This document shows positions 46,993 to 57,359 of a DNA stretch of 64,000 bases, piece by piece. This DNA is from an uncultured Alphaproteobacteria bacterium (GTDB taxonomy: Bacteria > Pseudomonadota > Alphaproteobacteria > Rhizobiales > Devosiaceae). The first letter of the stretch is position 1, and each line of letters begins with the position of its first letter. The DNA is taken from the NCBI GenBank assembly GCA_963699295.1, contig OY969432.1, positions 3,531,001 to 3,595,000 on the forward strand, read 5' to 3'. Position numbers and translations under genes: made by a program. The notes beneath the pieces were generated by a model. The model worked only from the letters and a program-made list of their open reading frames with translations. It did no database searches and was not told the origin of the DNA.

Positions 46993-47700
46993 ATGAACGT
47001 GCATGTACCTGCCGACGCCTACGTCTTCGCACCGTCGCCAACGCCGACCCTGCCTGTGGTGGGCAGCGAAGCGCTGTTCCCCGTGCACCGCATCTACTGC
47101 GTCGGGCGCAACTTTGCCGATCATGCCATCGAAATGGGCCATGACCCCAGCCGCGAGCCCCCGTTCTTCTTCCAGAAGAACCCCGACACCCTCGTGCTGT
47201 CCGGCCAGGATTTCCCCTATCCGTCGCAGACCAAGGACGTCCACCACGAGATCGAGCTGGTCGTAGCGCTGCACAAGGGCGGCATCGACATTCCGCTCGA
47301 GAGCGCCATGGATCACGTCTTCGGCTATGCCGTTGGGCTCGACATGACCCGCCGCGACCTGCAGACCGAAGCCAAGAAGGCCGGTCGTCCGTGGGAAACC
47401 GGCAAGTCGTTCGAGGCATCGGCACCGTGCACCCCGCTGGTGCCGGCATCGGCCATCGGTCATCCGACGGCCGGCGCCATCTGGGTCAAGGTCAATGGCG
47501 AACTGCGCCAGAGCGGCGACCTGAACCAGATGATCTGGAAAGTGCCAGAGATGATCTCGTACCTGTCGGGCCTGTTCGAGCTCAAGGCCGGCGACCTGAT
47601 TTTTGCCGGTACGCCAGCGGGCGTCGGTGCAGTGGTTCGCGGCGACGTCATGCACGGCTGCATTGACGGCGTCGGTGAACTCCACACGCGCGTCGCTTAA
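46993..47700 (+). CDS. fumarylacetoacetate hydrolase (FAH) family protein
   Basis: [17 protein letters not shown]...[10 protein letters not shown]...[14 protein letters not shown]...[13 protein letters not shown] is the typical FAH fold. Confidence 0.85.
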   Translation: MNVHVPADAYVFAPSPTPTLPVVGSEALFPVHRIYCVGRNFADHAIEMGHDPSREPPFFFQKNPDTLVLSGQDFPYPSQTKDVHHEIELVVALHKGGIDIPLESAMDHVFGYAVGLDMTRRDLQTEAKKAGRPWETGKSFEASAPCTPLVPASAIGHPTAGAIWVKVNGELRQSGDLNQMIWKVPEMISYLSGLFELKAGDLIFAGTPAGVGAVVRGDVMHGCIDGVGELHTRVA

Positions 47701-47710
47701 AACCCACCGG

Positions 47711-47747
47711 CCCTGGGGCGCAGTGATTTTTTCATTGCGCCCCAGGG
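47711..47747 (+). terminator. 12-bp stem hairpin after FAH gene
   Basis: Stem CCCTGGGGCGCA-13 nt-TGCGCCCCAGGG. There is no clear T tract. Confidence 0.5.
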
Positions 47748-47880
47748 CAATCAAGATGCGGGCCGCCCCACGCGGCCATCAGGAAACTGGCGTCCGGGCG
47801 CCCGAGAGTGTTCCGGGCCGATGCATATATCGCGGCGTTTGCTGGAAGATGCCGCCCCCCAAGCTTTTTGGATTTACCCA

Positions 47881-48873
47881 ATGTCTCTCGACGCTCGTCT
47901 CAAGCGGATCGGCCTGGACTATTATTTGCTGCTGCTCGTGGGCACGGTTGTCCTCGCGACGCTGTTGCCGGCATCCGGCACCGGTGCAGTGATCGTCTCG
48001 CAGATCGCCTATTACGCGGTGGCCCTGCTGTTTTTCATCTATGGCGCCAAGCTCAATACCGCAGCGCTGGTCGCGGGCCTGTCGAACTGGCGCCTGCAAT
48101 TGCTGGTGTTTGGCTGCACCTATCTGGCGTTTCCGTTGCTCGGGGTCGGGTTGACCAGCATATTGTCGCCGTGGCTCGAGCCCAATATCGCGCTGGGCCT
48201 GCTGTTTCTGGCGGTGCTGCCCTCGACCGTGCAATCGTCCATCGCCTTCACCTCGATGGCGCGCGGCAACGTGCCCGCAGCGGTGTGCGCGGCGTCGATC
48301 TCCAATCTGGTGGGCGTGTTCCTGACCCCGGCGCTGGCGGCGCTGCTGTTTCACACCAGCGGGGTTGGAGTGAACCCCAACGCGGTGGTTGGCATCGGCA
48401 TGCAGATCCTGCTGCCCTTCGCGCTGGGACAGCTGGCGCGGCCGCTGGTGGGCAAGTGGATCGCCAGGCACCAGGTGCTGACGGTGGTGGTGGATCGCGG
48501 GTCGATCCTGCTGATCGTCTACTCGGCATTCAGCGCCGGCGTGGTCGCGGGCATCTGGCAGATGGTGGACGGCTCGACGCTGGCCATCATGATCATCGCC
48601 GATATCGTGCTGCTGGCCGCCATTATCTGGCTGGGCAGCGTGGTAGGCAAGGCGGCCGGCCTGCCGCGCGAGGATGCGGCGGTGATGCTGTTTTGCGGCT
48701 CGACCAAGAGCCTGGCCAGCGGCATTCCCATTGCCAACATCCTGTTTGTCGGCCAGCCGATCAGCCTGATCGTGCTGCCGCTGATGCTGTTCCACCAGCT
48801 CCAGCTGTTCGTCTGCGCGATCATGGCGCAGCGCCAGGCCAGCCGCCTGAGCGGGGAAGTGCAGCCGGCGTAA
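47881..48873 (+). CDS. bile acid:Na+ symporter (BASS/YfeH-like) family transporter
   Basis: MSLDARLKRIGLDYYLLLLVG..., about 9-10 TM segments, and LAVLPSTVQSSIAFTSMARGN is typical of the family. Start moved to ATG 47881. Confidence 0.75.
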   Translation: MSLDARLKRIGLDYYLLLLVGTVVLATLLPASGTGAVIVSQIAYYAVALLFFIYGAKLNTAALVAGLSNWRLQLLVFGCTYLAFPLLGVGLTSILSPWLEPNIALGLLFLAVLPSTVQSSIAFTSMARGNVPAAVCAASISNLVGVFLTPALAALLFHTSGVGVNPNAVVGIGMQILLPFALGQLARPLVGKWIARHQVLTVVVDRGSILLIVYSAFSAGVVAGIWQMVDGSTLAIMIIADIVLLAAIIWLGSVVGKAAGLPREDAAVMLFCGSTKSLASGIPIANILFVGQPISLIVLPLMLFHQLQLFVCAIMAQRQASRLSGEVQPA

Positions 48874-48881
48874 CTCCATGC

Positions 48882-48911
48882 AAAAAAGGCCAGGGCGCGG
48901 ACGCCCTGGCC
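48882..48911 (-). terminator. rho-independent terminator of the PQQ dehydrogenase gene
   Basis: Stem GGCCAGGGCG-CGGA-CGCCCTGGCC, with an A6 tract on the plus strand that reads as T6 after the hairpin on the minus strand. Confidence 0.8.
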
Positions 48912-48937
48912 ATTGGTGATAGTGGTGTCAGCCGGCC

Positions 48938-50374
48938 TTACTTGGCGGTGTAGACCAGGATGGCGCCGGGGTTCTCGAGCTCGGAAGCGCCTTCGCCCGC
49001 TGCGTTCAGCACGCCACCGGCAGAGTCGGTGACGAGGTAGATGGTCTTGCCGCCATCGGCAATCTCGAGGTCACGCAGGCGGTTCTGGCCAAGGTAGTAC
49101 TTGGTGAACTTGGCGTCGTCGCCCGTCGCGACCGGATCGATGGCGTAGATGGCGCCGTGCTTCATGGCGGTCGAGAGCAGCTTGCCGCTAAGCTCAGGCA
49201 CCGCATCGCCGACGTAGAAGTCGATCGAGGACGGGCCAACGGTCGGACGCTCGAAGTAGCCGAAGTTGATTTCTTCGTCAGCACCAACGGTGAAGAGGGT
49301 GGCGAGCGGGGTCTTCATGTCGGCAGCGCCGGCCCAGTCGCTTTCCTTTTCGACGGTGACTTCAGCGGGGAAGCCATCTTCGGGCTGGTTGAAGGTCAGG
49401 GTCGAGGGATCAACGCTCGCGGCAGACCAGTTGCCATAGGCGTAGTGGCTGTCATCGACGAGGCCCGAAACATTGGGCCAGCCATAATTGCCACCCGAAA
49501 CCAGGATGTTGATTTCGTCGTCGCTGCTGGGGCCGTGCTCGTTGGCGTAGATGGTGCCATCGGGACCGATCGCGATGCCCTGGGCGTTACGGTGACCAAG
49601 GGTGAAGATGTGGCTCTGCACGCCATCCAGGGTCGGGTTGTCGCTCGGGATGGAGCCGTCTTCGTTGAAGCGCAGGACCTTGCCCTGATAGGCAAAGTGA
49701 TCGCCGGCTGCCAGCTCGTCGGCGGTCGGCAGGCGCTGGGATTCGATCGGACGGGTGTAGTTGACGAGCTGGTTGTGGCCCTGGTCACCCACGGTCAGAT
49801 AGAGCTTGCCATCCTGGCCGAAGACGATGCGGCCTGAGTTGTGGTCGTTATTGGCCGGAATGCCGGTCAGCACGTCGGTCGAGCCGGTCACGGTTTCAGT
49901 TTCGGCATCCCAATCGAGGGCGACGACCTTCTGGAACAGGCGGTGGTATGGGTCGGAAGCGTCCGGACGGCTGGGGTCGGTGCGCTCGCTGTCTTCATAG
50001 GTGTGGACGACAAAGATCTTGTCGGTGCCATTGCCGAAGTCGGGGTGGAAGGCAAAGCCCATCACGCCGGTCTGCGCGCCTTCGAGCACGTCGGGAATGG
50101 CGAATTCAAAGGCCGGCTTGATATCGCCGGTTTCGGGGTTCACGCGGATCAGGCGCTTGCCGATCCGCTCGGTGACCCAGAGCTGGCCATCGGTGCCGAC
50201 GCGGATTTCGTGGGGGGCCTTGAGGCCTTCAACCAGCACGGCCTTTTCGAACGGGAATTCCGCTTCGATGACATCGGCAGGGGACTGCTGGGCAGCCGCA
50301 CTGCCGACGGACAGCAGCAGGCCGGCCGTAATCGCGGCGAGGCTGACATTCAGATATGACTTACGAGACAACAT
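48938..50374 (-). CDS. secreted PQQ-dependent sugar dehydrogenase (soluble aldose/sorbosone dehydrogenase family)
   Basis: Signal peptide present. ...LWVTERIGKRLIRVNPETG..., NDHNSGRIVFGQDGKLYLTVGDQG and LGHRNAQGIAIGPDGTIYANEHGP are beta-propeller sGDH motifs. Confidence 0.85.
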   Translation of the reverse strand: MLSRKSYLNVSLAAITAGLLLSVGSAAAQQSPADVIEAEFPFEKAVLVEGLKAPHEIRVGTDGQLWVTERIGKRLIRVNPETGDIKPAFEFAIPDVLEGAQTGVMGFAFHPDFGNGTDKIFVVHTYEDSERTDPSRPDASDPYHRLFQKVVALDWDAETETVTGSTDVLTGIPANNDHNSGRIVFGQDGKLYLTVGDQGHNQLVNYTRPIESQRLPTADELAAGDHFAYQGKVLRFNEDGSIPSDNPTLDGVQSHIFTLGHRNAQGIAIGPDGTIYANEHGPSSDDEINILVSGGNYGWPNVSGLVDDSHYAYGNWSAASVDPSTLTFNQPEDGFPAEVTVEKESDWAGAADMKTPLATLFTVGADEEINFGYFERPTVGPSSIDFYVGDAVPELSGKLLSTAMKHGAIYAIDPVATGDDAKFTKYYLGQNRLRDLEIADGGKTIYLVTDSAGGVLNAAGEGASELENPGAILVYTAK

Positions 50375-50916
50375 TGTTCACTCCGATCATGCAGCGTCTG
50401 CGGGAGGTCGAGAGATCATGCCGATCGGCACAAACGCTCTGGCGTCCGCGGGCGCCTTGGTGGTCTTGCTGGCACCTCGGGGGTGAGGATGAGCAAGTTC
50501 GAAACCCAGTGGGTGAACAACATGTAGGGCACGGCGAGCCGTTCGGCGTCCCCTTGACTATGCGACGCACTGTCCGGTTTCAGTGAACAGTGAGGGGTTG
50601 AAACGCCGAAATCCGTAATGTTTTGTGGAAAAGCGATAATGTTATTGTGATAATTGTTCAGACTACACGAACGATACTGCGGTACATGGATGTGCCTGCG
50701 GGAGCGGGCGGAGGGGGCGGTGCGCGGGATCAAAGGGCAGGTGACTGCCTGCAAAGGCAGCGGGCGGTCACGTTAGCGCCATGACGGAACTTCGCCTGAT
50801 GTGGGTCGTTCAGCAGTGACGACAGCCGGAGATGGTCACGGGCATTCTGCCGGCTGGTGGCGTGACGAGATGTTCAACGCGGGGGAGGGGCCGCACCACT
50901 GATCGGCGGAAGCGCA

Positions 50917-51135
50917 ATGATCAAGAATACTGAAGTTGCCGAGACGATCCGGCGCACCGCATATTTCTTATGGGAGGAAGCGGGGCGGCCACAGCAACGG
51001 GATTTTCAATATTGGCTGCGCGCCAAGGAAATGCTTCTGCGGCAGATGGCCTATGACAAATGGCTGGCCGAAGGCGAGCCCCCTGGGCGGGACCAGGCCC
51101 ATTGGTATGAAGCCGACAAGGAACTCGACCCCTGA
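50917..51135 (+). CDS. DUF2934 domain protein (two repeats)
   Basis: The RRTAYFLWEEAGRPQQRDFQYWLRAKE and AYDKWLAEGEPPGRDQAHWYEADKE repeats match the DUF2934 pattern. Confidence 0.7.
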   Translation: MIKNTEVAETIRRTAYFLWEEAGRPQQRDFQYWLRAKEMLLRQMAYDKWLAEGEPPGRDQAHWYEADKELDP

Positions 51136-51207
51136 TGTACGAACGGGCCCCGAGGGGCCCGTCCGAGGGACGCGAGTGAACCGGGCTGGGTTCACCGCGA
51201 AGCTGGA

Positions 51208-51777
51208 TCAGTCCTTGGCGCGCTCGACGTAGGAATTGTCTTCGGTGAGGATGACGATGCGGGTGCCGGCGCCGATATGGGGCGGGACCATGACGCGCAG
51301 GCCATTGTTGAGCACGGCAGGCTTGAAGGAGGACGACGCGGTCTGGCCCTTGACCACCGGTTCGGTCTCGACGATTTCGAAGGTCATGCGCTGGGGCAGT
51401 TCCAGGGCAATGGCGCTGCCTTCAAAGGTCTTGAGGTAAACCTTCATGCCATCGGTCAGATAGGCCTTCTGGTCGCCCACGACATCGTCGGAAACAGTGA
51501 TCTGGTCGAAGCTGACGGGCTCCATGAAGTGGTGGCCTTCGCCATCGGAATACAGATAATCGTATTCGCGCTCATCCACATCGGCCTTTTCGACCATCTC
51601 GACGGTGCGCCAGCGACCTACCACCTTCACGCCATCAGACATGCGGCGCATGGTGGCGTTGGTGACCGAGTTGCCCTTGCCGGGGTGCACGTTTTCAGCG
51701 GTGAGCACGACGTGCAGATTGCCGTCCTGCTCGACGACGTTGCCCTTGCGCAGCGAAGAGGCAATGACCTTGACCAT
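51208..51777 (-). CDS. efp: elongation factor P
   Basis: 189 aa. [19 protein letters not shown]...HPGKGNS (Lys at the loop tip) ...[15 protein letters not shown]... is canonical EF-P. Confidence 0.95.
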   Translation of the reverse strand: MVKVIASSLRKGNVVEQDGNLHVVLTAENVHPGKGNSVTNATMRRMSDGVKVVGRWRTVEMVEKADVDEREYDYLYSDGEGHHFMEPVSFDQITVSDDVVGDQKAYLTDGMKVYLKTFEGSAIALELPQRMTFEIVETEPVVKGQTASSSFKPAVLNNGLRVMVPPHIGAGTRIVILTEDNSYVERAKD

Positions 51778-51901
51778 GAATTCTTCCTTGTTCGATCGGT
51801 TGGCGCATCGTAGAGGCTGAGACCGTCAGGGCGCCGAAAATTAGCTTTCGTGCGCCAACTATCCTATATCCGCGAAAATCTCCAGCCCGGCCGTCATAAA
51901 C

Positions 51902-52961
51902 ATGAGCATGCGCGATCAAATACCAGCGTCGCCCTGGTGGACCCCATCGGTGCATGCCGACCGGCGGCCCATCCTGTTGGCGCGCAACCGGATCGAGGCG
52001 CGCATCCGCAGCTATCTGGCCGACGAGGATTTTCTGCTGGTCGATCCGCCCGGATTGCAGCGCTCGCCGGGCAATGAAACCCATCTGCATGCCTTTGCCA
52101 CCAATATGATCGGCAATGACGGGGCAAGGGCAGGCGATGTATCTGCACACCTCGCCCGAATTCACCATGAAAAAGCTGCTGGCGGCGGGCGAGCAGCGCA
52201 TTGCCAGCTTGGGCCATGTGTGGCGCAATCGCGAGCGCAGCGCCTTGCACCATCCCGAGTTCACCATGCTCGAATGGTATCGGGTGGGCGAAGCCTATGA
52301 CGCGATCATTGCCGATTGCATCGCGCTGGTGCGGCTGGCGGCAGCGACGACGGGCGTGACCCAGTTGCGCTACAAGGACCGCACCTGCGATCCACTGGCC
52401 GAGCCGGAACGCTTGAGCGTCGTCGAGGCGTTCCGCCGTCATGCCGGGATCGATCTGTTTGCTACCATGGATGGCCAGGGCCAGACCGATGGCGAGCAGC
52501 TGGCCGCGCTGATGCAGGCGCAGGGGCTGGACGTGCCCGAGGACCGCAGCTGGAGCTATCTGTTCAGCCGGGTGCTGGTGGAAAAAGTCGAGCCGCAGCT
52601 GGGGACGGGGCGCATCACCGTGCTCGATCGTTATCCGGCAGCCGAGGCGGCGCTGGCGCGGCGCACAGCCGATGACCCTCGGGTCGCCGAGCGGTTCGAG
52701 CTTTATGCCTGCGGGGTGGAGCTGGCCAATGGCTTTGGCGAGCTGACCGACCCGCACGAACAGCGCCGCAGATTTGCCGCAGAGATGGACGAAAAGCTGC
52801 GCCTTTATGGCGAGCAATACCCGCTCGACGAGGATTTTCTGGCAGCGCTCGCCCTGATGCCGGAGGCAAGTGGCGTGGCGTTGGGATTTGATCGTTTGGT
52901 GATGCTGGCAACCCATGCCCCCAAGATAGACGCCGTATTGTGGGCGCCGGTGGCCCAGTGA
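51902..52961 (+). pseudogene. epmA: EF-P lysine aminoacylase EpmA (GenX/PoxA), one +1 frameshift
   Basis: The N-terminal 72 aa are in one frame (...HLHAFATNMIGNDG). The remainder (QGQAMYLHTSPEFTMKKLL...HHPEFTMLEWY...ELANGFGELTD...GVALGFDRLVML) is in the next frame. The junction is a GGGG run near 52110-52113. Length is 1060 nt = 3n+1. Confidence 0.85.
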
Positions 52962-54008
52962 GCGCGCACCGATCCATCAAGAGCGTGAGCGACCTGCAGG
53001 CGGCGGGGCTGGTCAGCGATGTGAGCGGGCTGGACGCGGTGGCGCAAAAATACGCCATCGCCATTACCCCGGCCGTGGCCGCGCTGATCGACGTCAATGA
53101 TCCCTGATGATCCGATGGCGCGGCAGTTCGTGCCGCGACCCGAGGAATTGGTGACGACGCCCGAGGAGCGCGACGACCCGATTGGCGATCTCAGCCATTC
53201 GCCGGTGGAAGGCATTGTGCACCGCTACCCCGACCGGGTGCTGCTCAAGGCGGTGCATGTGTGTCCGGTCTATTGCCGGTTCTGCTTCCGCCGCGAAATG
53301 GTGGGGCCGCAGGGGCTTGGCACGCTGAGTGCCAGCGAACTCGATGCGGCTATCGGGTATATCGCCGAGCACAAGGAAATCTGGGAAGTGATCCTGACCG
53401 GCGGTGATCCGCTGGTGCTGTCGCCGCGCCGCGTGCGCGAGTTGATGTTGCGGCTGGCGGCGATTGAGCACGTCAAGATCGTGCGCTTTCATACCCGGGT
53501 GCCGGTGGTCGAGCCGGAGCGGGTGGACGATGCCATGGTGAGTGCGCTCAAGGCCAGCGGCAAGACCACGTATCTGGCCGTGCATGCCAATCATCCGCGC
53601 GAATTCACCGCCGAGGCGCGCACCGCGATGGCCCGCCTAGCCGATGGCGGCATTGTACTGCTCAGCCAGTCGGTGCTGCTGCGGGGCGTCAACGACAATG
53701 TCGAGACCCTGTCGGCGCTGATGCGCGGCTTTGTCGAGAACCGCGTGCGGCCCTATTATCTGCACCATCCGGACCTGGCGCCGGGCACTAGCCATTTCCG
53801 CGTCAGAGTGGATGAGGGGCAAAAACTGGTGACGGCCTTGCGCGGCAATATTTCGGGGCTGTGCCAGCCGACCTATATTCTCGATATTCCCGGCGGGCAT
53901 GGCAAAGCCGAAATCGGCGCGGCGCAGATCACCGGCAGCGACGGGTGTTTTACCGTGCGCGATTTCCAGGGTGGCGAGCACCGCTACCCGCCCATTGGCC
54001 AGGACTGA
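52958..54008 (+). pseudogene. epmB: EF-P beta-lysylation protein EpmB (KamA-family radical SAM lysine 2,3-aminomutase), one +1 frameshift
   Basis: GTG 52958 overlaps the epmA stop. The first 48 codons (...KYAIAITPAVAALIDVNDP) end at TGA 53105. The protein resumes in the next frame with DDPMARQFVP...CPVYCRFCFRR. Length is 1051 nt = 3n+1. Confidence 0.85.
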
Positions 54009-54109
54009 CCGAGTTATCCACCGCCGGAGTGCGCAAGAGCGGCTTGGTAAGGCCTTGGTAACCCGCTGACGGCACACCAGCCGCAGTGGCCAGCCCCCAA
54101 GGCAGAATC

Positions 54110-54748
54110 ATGAATATCGTATTTTTCGGCGCGACCGGCCCGGCAGGGCGGTTGACGCTGACCAAATTACTGGCCGCGGGCCATGTGGTGACCGTTTATG
54201 CGCGCCAGCCTGCCAAGCTCGGGATCGAACACGAGCACCTGATTGCGGTCCGCGGGGAGCTCACCGATGCGGCGCTGATCAACCAGATCATGGCCGGTGC
54301 CGATGGGGTGATCAGCCTGCTCGGGCCCAATCGGCGCAGCCGGGGCACGCCGATTGCCGAGGGCATGCGGGTGATCGTGAAGGCGATGCAGGCGCATGGC
54401 GTCCGGCGCATCATTGCCACGGCCACACCCAGCGCCATCGATCCGCAGGACCGCCCGCAACTGGCGTTTACGCTGGCGGTAGGCGCGGTCAAGCTGCTGG
54501 CCGGCTCGGCCCATCAGGAGATCGTCGAAACTGCCAACGCCATCCGCACGACGCGGCTGGACTGGACTGTGTTGCGCCTGCCAATGCTGAGCGATCGGCC
54601 CAATGACCGCCCAGTCGCCATCGGCTATATCGGGGACGCGGCGATCAGGCCGCTCTGGCTGTCGCGCGAGCGCCTGGCGCAGTTTGTGGTGGACCAGCTG
54701 GACGACCAGCTCTGGATCATGAAATCGCCGATGATCTGCAATGGCTAG
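54110..54748 (+). CDS. NAD(P)H-binding (NmrA/atypical SDR-like) protein
   Basis: Rossmann N-terminus MNIVFFGATGPAGRL. Confidence 0.7.
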   Translation: MNIVFFGATGPAGRLTLTKLLAAGHVVTVYARQPAKLGIEHEHLIAVRGELTDAALINQIMAGADGVISLLGPNRRSRGTPIAEGMRVIVKAMQAHGVRRIIATATPSAIDPQDRPQLAFTLAVGAVKLLAGSAHQEIVETANAIRTTRLDWTVLRLPMLSDRPNDRPVAIGYIGDAAIRPLWLSRERLAQFVVDQLDDQLWIMKSPMICNG

Positions 54749-54924
54749 CTGCTGACACAAACTGTCGGGCCACCAAGGCATGGAAGCCGTCTCGTCGGGG
54801 CCGCCGAAACTTTGGGTCGCGACTTCGACGGGTGCCATTGGATATTTGCGGATATGGAGCGGCGGCCTCACTGGGGAGGGCGCCATCAAGGCACGGGATC
54901 AACCCGTGAAGGACAAGAGGGTTT

Positions 54925-55428
54925 ATGCTGGAACAAAGGGTGTTGAGCTGCCAATGCGGGCAGGTGCGGATGGTGGCGCAAGGCGCGCCGATCCTGCGCG
55001 TCGTGTGTTATTGCGACGATTGCCAGGCAGCGGCGCGGCAACTTGCGGACGGTGGGCTGGCAGAGCCGATCGCCGATCCCGACGGGGGCACGCGACTGGT
55101 CCTGTTCCGCCAGGACCGGGTGGTGACGCAGCAGGGGATGGACCAATTAGTGCCGCACAAGCTGCGCGCGGGATCACCAACCAACCGGGTGGTGGCGGGC
55201 TGCTGCCAGACGCCCATGCAGATCAATTTCGACAAGGGGCCGCACTGGGTGTCGTTTTTCGAGCGGCGGGTGCCGGGCAAGCTGCCGCCGATCTATGCGC
55301 GCATTCAGACGCGCTTTCGGACGTCCGACTTGCCGCTGCCCGGCGACGCGCCGGTCTACAAGACGTTTCCGCTGATGTTCATCGGCAAGATGATCGCAGC
55401 CAAGATCGCCATGATGGTGGGGCGGTAG
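54925..55428 (+). CDS. GFA (glutathione-dependent formaldehyde-activating / CENP-V) family protein
   Basis: Cys pattern SCQCG...CYCDDCQ...GCCQTPM. Confidence 0.7.
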   Translation: MLEQRVLSCQCGQVRMVAQGAPILRVVCYCDDCQAAARQLADGGLAEPIADPDGGTRLVLFRQDRVVTQQGMDQLVPHKLRAGSPTNRVVAGCCQTPMQINFDKGPHWVSFFERRVPGKLPPIYARIQTRFRTSDLPLPGDAPVYKTFPLMFIGKMIAAKIAMMVGR

Positions 55429-55461
55429 CCACAGCGCGCGCTGCGGCTACCGCGGGATATC

Positions 55462-56631
55462 CTAGTAGATATCGCGAGGGTCGATATCGGCTTCGTAGTC
55501 GACGCCGCCGAGGTCGAAGCCGAACAGCTTGAGGAATTCCATCCGGTACTTGGGCAGGTCGGCCAGGTTCGGCAGGGATTCGGTGGTCAGGGCCGCCCAG
55601 CGCGCCTTGAGCTCGGCCTGGACCGGCTCGGACAGCTCCCAGTCATCGACGCGCACGCGGCTTTGGTCATCCAGAGCCACGTCGCCGACCAGCTTGACGC
55701 GGAACAGGCGGTCGATCTGCTCGATGGTGCCTTCGCCGATCCCCATTTCGTCCATCACCTTGATCAGCAGCGTGCCATAAAGCGGCACCACCGGAATGGC
55801 GGAGCTGGCCTGGGTGACCACGGCCTTGAGGGCGACGACATGGGCGGCGTGCTCGCCGAACTGGGTGCGGATGGCGGCGGCGGCGCGATCGAGATCGCCC
55901 TTGGCCAGGCCCAGCGTGCCCTTGTGGTAGATCGGCCAGGTCAGCTCGCTGCCCAGATAGGTGTAGTTCAGGGTCTGGAAGCCATCGGCCAGCACGCCGG
56001 CCTCGGACATGGCCTTGATCCAGAGTTCCCAATCCTCGCCACCCATCACCTTGACGGTGGCGGCAGCTTCTTCCTCGGTGGCCGGCTCGACCGACACTTC
56101 GGAAACTTCGCCGGTGGCGATGTTGAGGGTCTTGGAGGTGACTTCGGTGCCGTAGGGCTTGATCACCGAGCGGTAGGTGACGCCATCGCTGGGGTCGGTG
56201 CGCACGGGCGAGGCCAGCGAATAAACCACCAGGTCAACCTGGCCCAGCGTGTCGCGAATGGCGGCGATGGTCTGTGCCTTGATCTCGTTAGAGAAGGCAT
56301 CGCCTTCCACGGTCACGGCCTTGCGGCCGGCGGCAATGGCGCGCTTTTCGAAGGCGCGGTTATTGTACCAGCCGGCGCTGGCGGTGCGGCGCTCATTGGG
56401 TTCCTTTTCAAAGGACACGCCAACGGTATCGGCATCGGCGCCGAAAGTGGTGACAATGCGCGAGGCCAGGCCATAGCCGGTCGAGCAGCCCAGCACCAGC
56501 ACGCGCTTGCGGCTTGAGTTGACCGGGCCCTTGACCACGACGTGATCGATCTGGCGCTGCACATTGGTGGCGCAGCCAACCGGATGAGCGGTGGTGCAGA
56601 TAAAGCCGCGGATCTTGGGCTCGATGATCAT
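55462..56631 (-). CDS. fabV: enoyl-[ACP]/trans-2-enoyl-CoA reductase FabV
   Basis: MIIEPKIRGFICTTAHPVGC... is the typical FabV N-terminus. ATG 56631 follows AGGAA; the ORF-track start is a TTG two codons upstream. Confidence 0.9.
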   Translation of the reverse strand: MIIEPKIRGFICTTAHPVGCATNVQRQIDHVVVKGPVNSSRKRVLVLGCSTGYGLASRIVTTFGADADTVGVSFEKEPNERRTASAGWYNNRAFEKRAIAAGRKAVTVEGDAFSNEIKAQTIAAIRDTLGQVDLVVYSLASPVRTDPSDGVTYRSVIKPYGTEVTSKTLNIATGEVSEVSVEPATEEEAAATVKVMGGEDWELWIKAMSEAGVLADGFQTLNYTYLGSELTWPIYHKGTLGLAKGDLDRAAAAIRTQFGEHAAHVVALKAVVTQASSAIPVVPLYGTLLIKVMDEMGIGEGTIEQIDRLFRVKLVGDVALDDQSRVRVDDWELSEPVQAELKARWAALTTESLPNLADLPKYRMEFLKLFGFDLGGVDYEADIDPRDIY

Positions 56632-56657
56632 GGACAATTCCTAGCTGAATAAATGTT

Positions 56658-56684
56658 GGCCCCGCTTATAACAAAAACGGGGCC
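56658..56684 (-). terminator. hairpin between GST-like gene and fabV
   Basis: Stem GGCCCCG-13 nt-CGGGGCC, with an A/T-rich tail on the minus strand. Confidence 0.45.
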
Positions 56685-56707
56685 TGCTGTAGCGTTTATG
56701 CAAGGGG

Positions 56708-57358
56708 TCAGGCGGCGTCTTTGGCGCGACCGGCGGGGAAGATGCCCGACATCACCATGAAGCCGGGAATGCGGCGTACGCGGTCGGTCCAGCGGCGGAT
56801 GGCCGGGTAGTCCTGGCGCGAAATGCCACCCTCTTCCGAGAGCATGATATAGGGGAAGCAGGCGAGATCTGCTGTGGTGGGGTGCGCCGGGCTGCATAGC
56901 CAATCACGGCCCTGCTTTTCGCCGAACCACAAATGCTCGTCGATCAGCCGGAACAGCCGATGGGCGCCGCGCTGGGCCTTGTCGATGTCGAAATCATAGT
57001 CATAGCCCAGCGCCAGGCGAGCGGCCGACGAGGTCGAGGTGATGTCATCGGCAATCGAGTGCCAGCGCAGGATTTCCGCGGTGACCGCGGGGTCATTGGG
57101 GAACCACTGGCCGCTCTCGTCATATTTCTTGGCGAGATAGGCCAGGATCGCGCCGCTATCGGGGATGATCAGGTCATCATCCTTGAGCACCGGCAGCTGG
57201 CCGAACGGATTGAGCTTGAGGAACCAGTCGGACTTGTGCTCGCGGCCGGGGAAGAACTCTACCGGCACCAGCTCATGGCGGACCTTGAGGATGTTGAGCA
57301 GCAGCCGCACCTTGTAGCAATTGCCCGAGAGTTCGAAGTCGTAAAGGGTAATGGCCAT
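56708..57358 (-). CDS. glutathione S-transferase-fold protein (NdmE-like position)
   Basis: 216 aa GST fold (MAITLYDFELSGNCYKVRLLL...FGQLPVL..). Its start lies 1 nt after the stop of the upstream reductase gene. Confidence 0.8.
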   Translation of the reverse strand: MAITLYDFELSGNCYKVRLLLNILKVRHELVPVEFFPGREHKSDWFLKLNPFGQLPVLKDDDLIIPDSGAILAYLAKKYDESGQWFPNDPAVTAEILRWHSIADDITSTSSAARLALGYDYDFDIDKAQRGAHRLFRLIDEHLWFGEKQGRDWLCSPAHPTTADLACFPYIMLSEEGGISRQDYPAIRRWTDRVRRIPGFMVMSGIFPAGRAKDAA

Positions 57359-57359
57359 G

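Noticed and set aside
50470-50510. GTTCGAAACC, resembling a tRNA T-loop.
   Set aside because: The flanking bases cannot form a T-stem, and there is no acceptor or anticodon structure.
51143-51195. Two GC hairpins (ACGGGCCCC/GGGGCCCGT and GTGAACC/GGTTCAC) between the convergent DUF2934 and efp genes, considered as terminators.
   Set aside because: Neither is followed by a T tract on either strand. They are plausibly terminators, but the evidence is too weak to list them as features.
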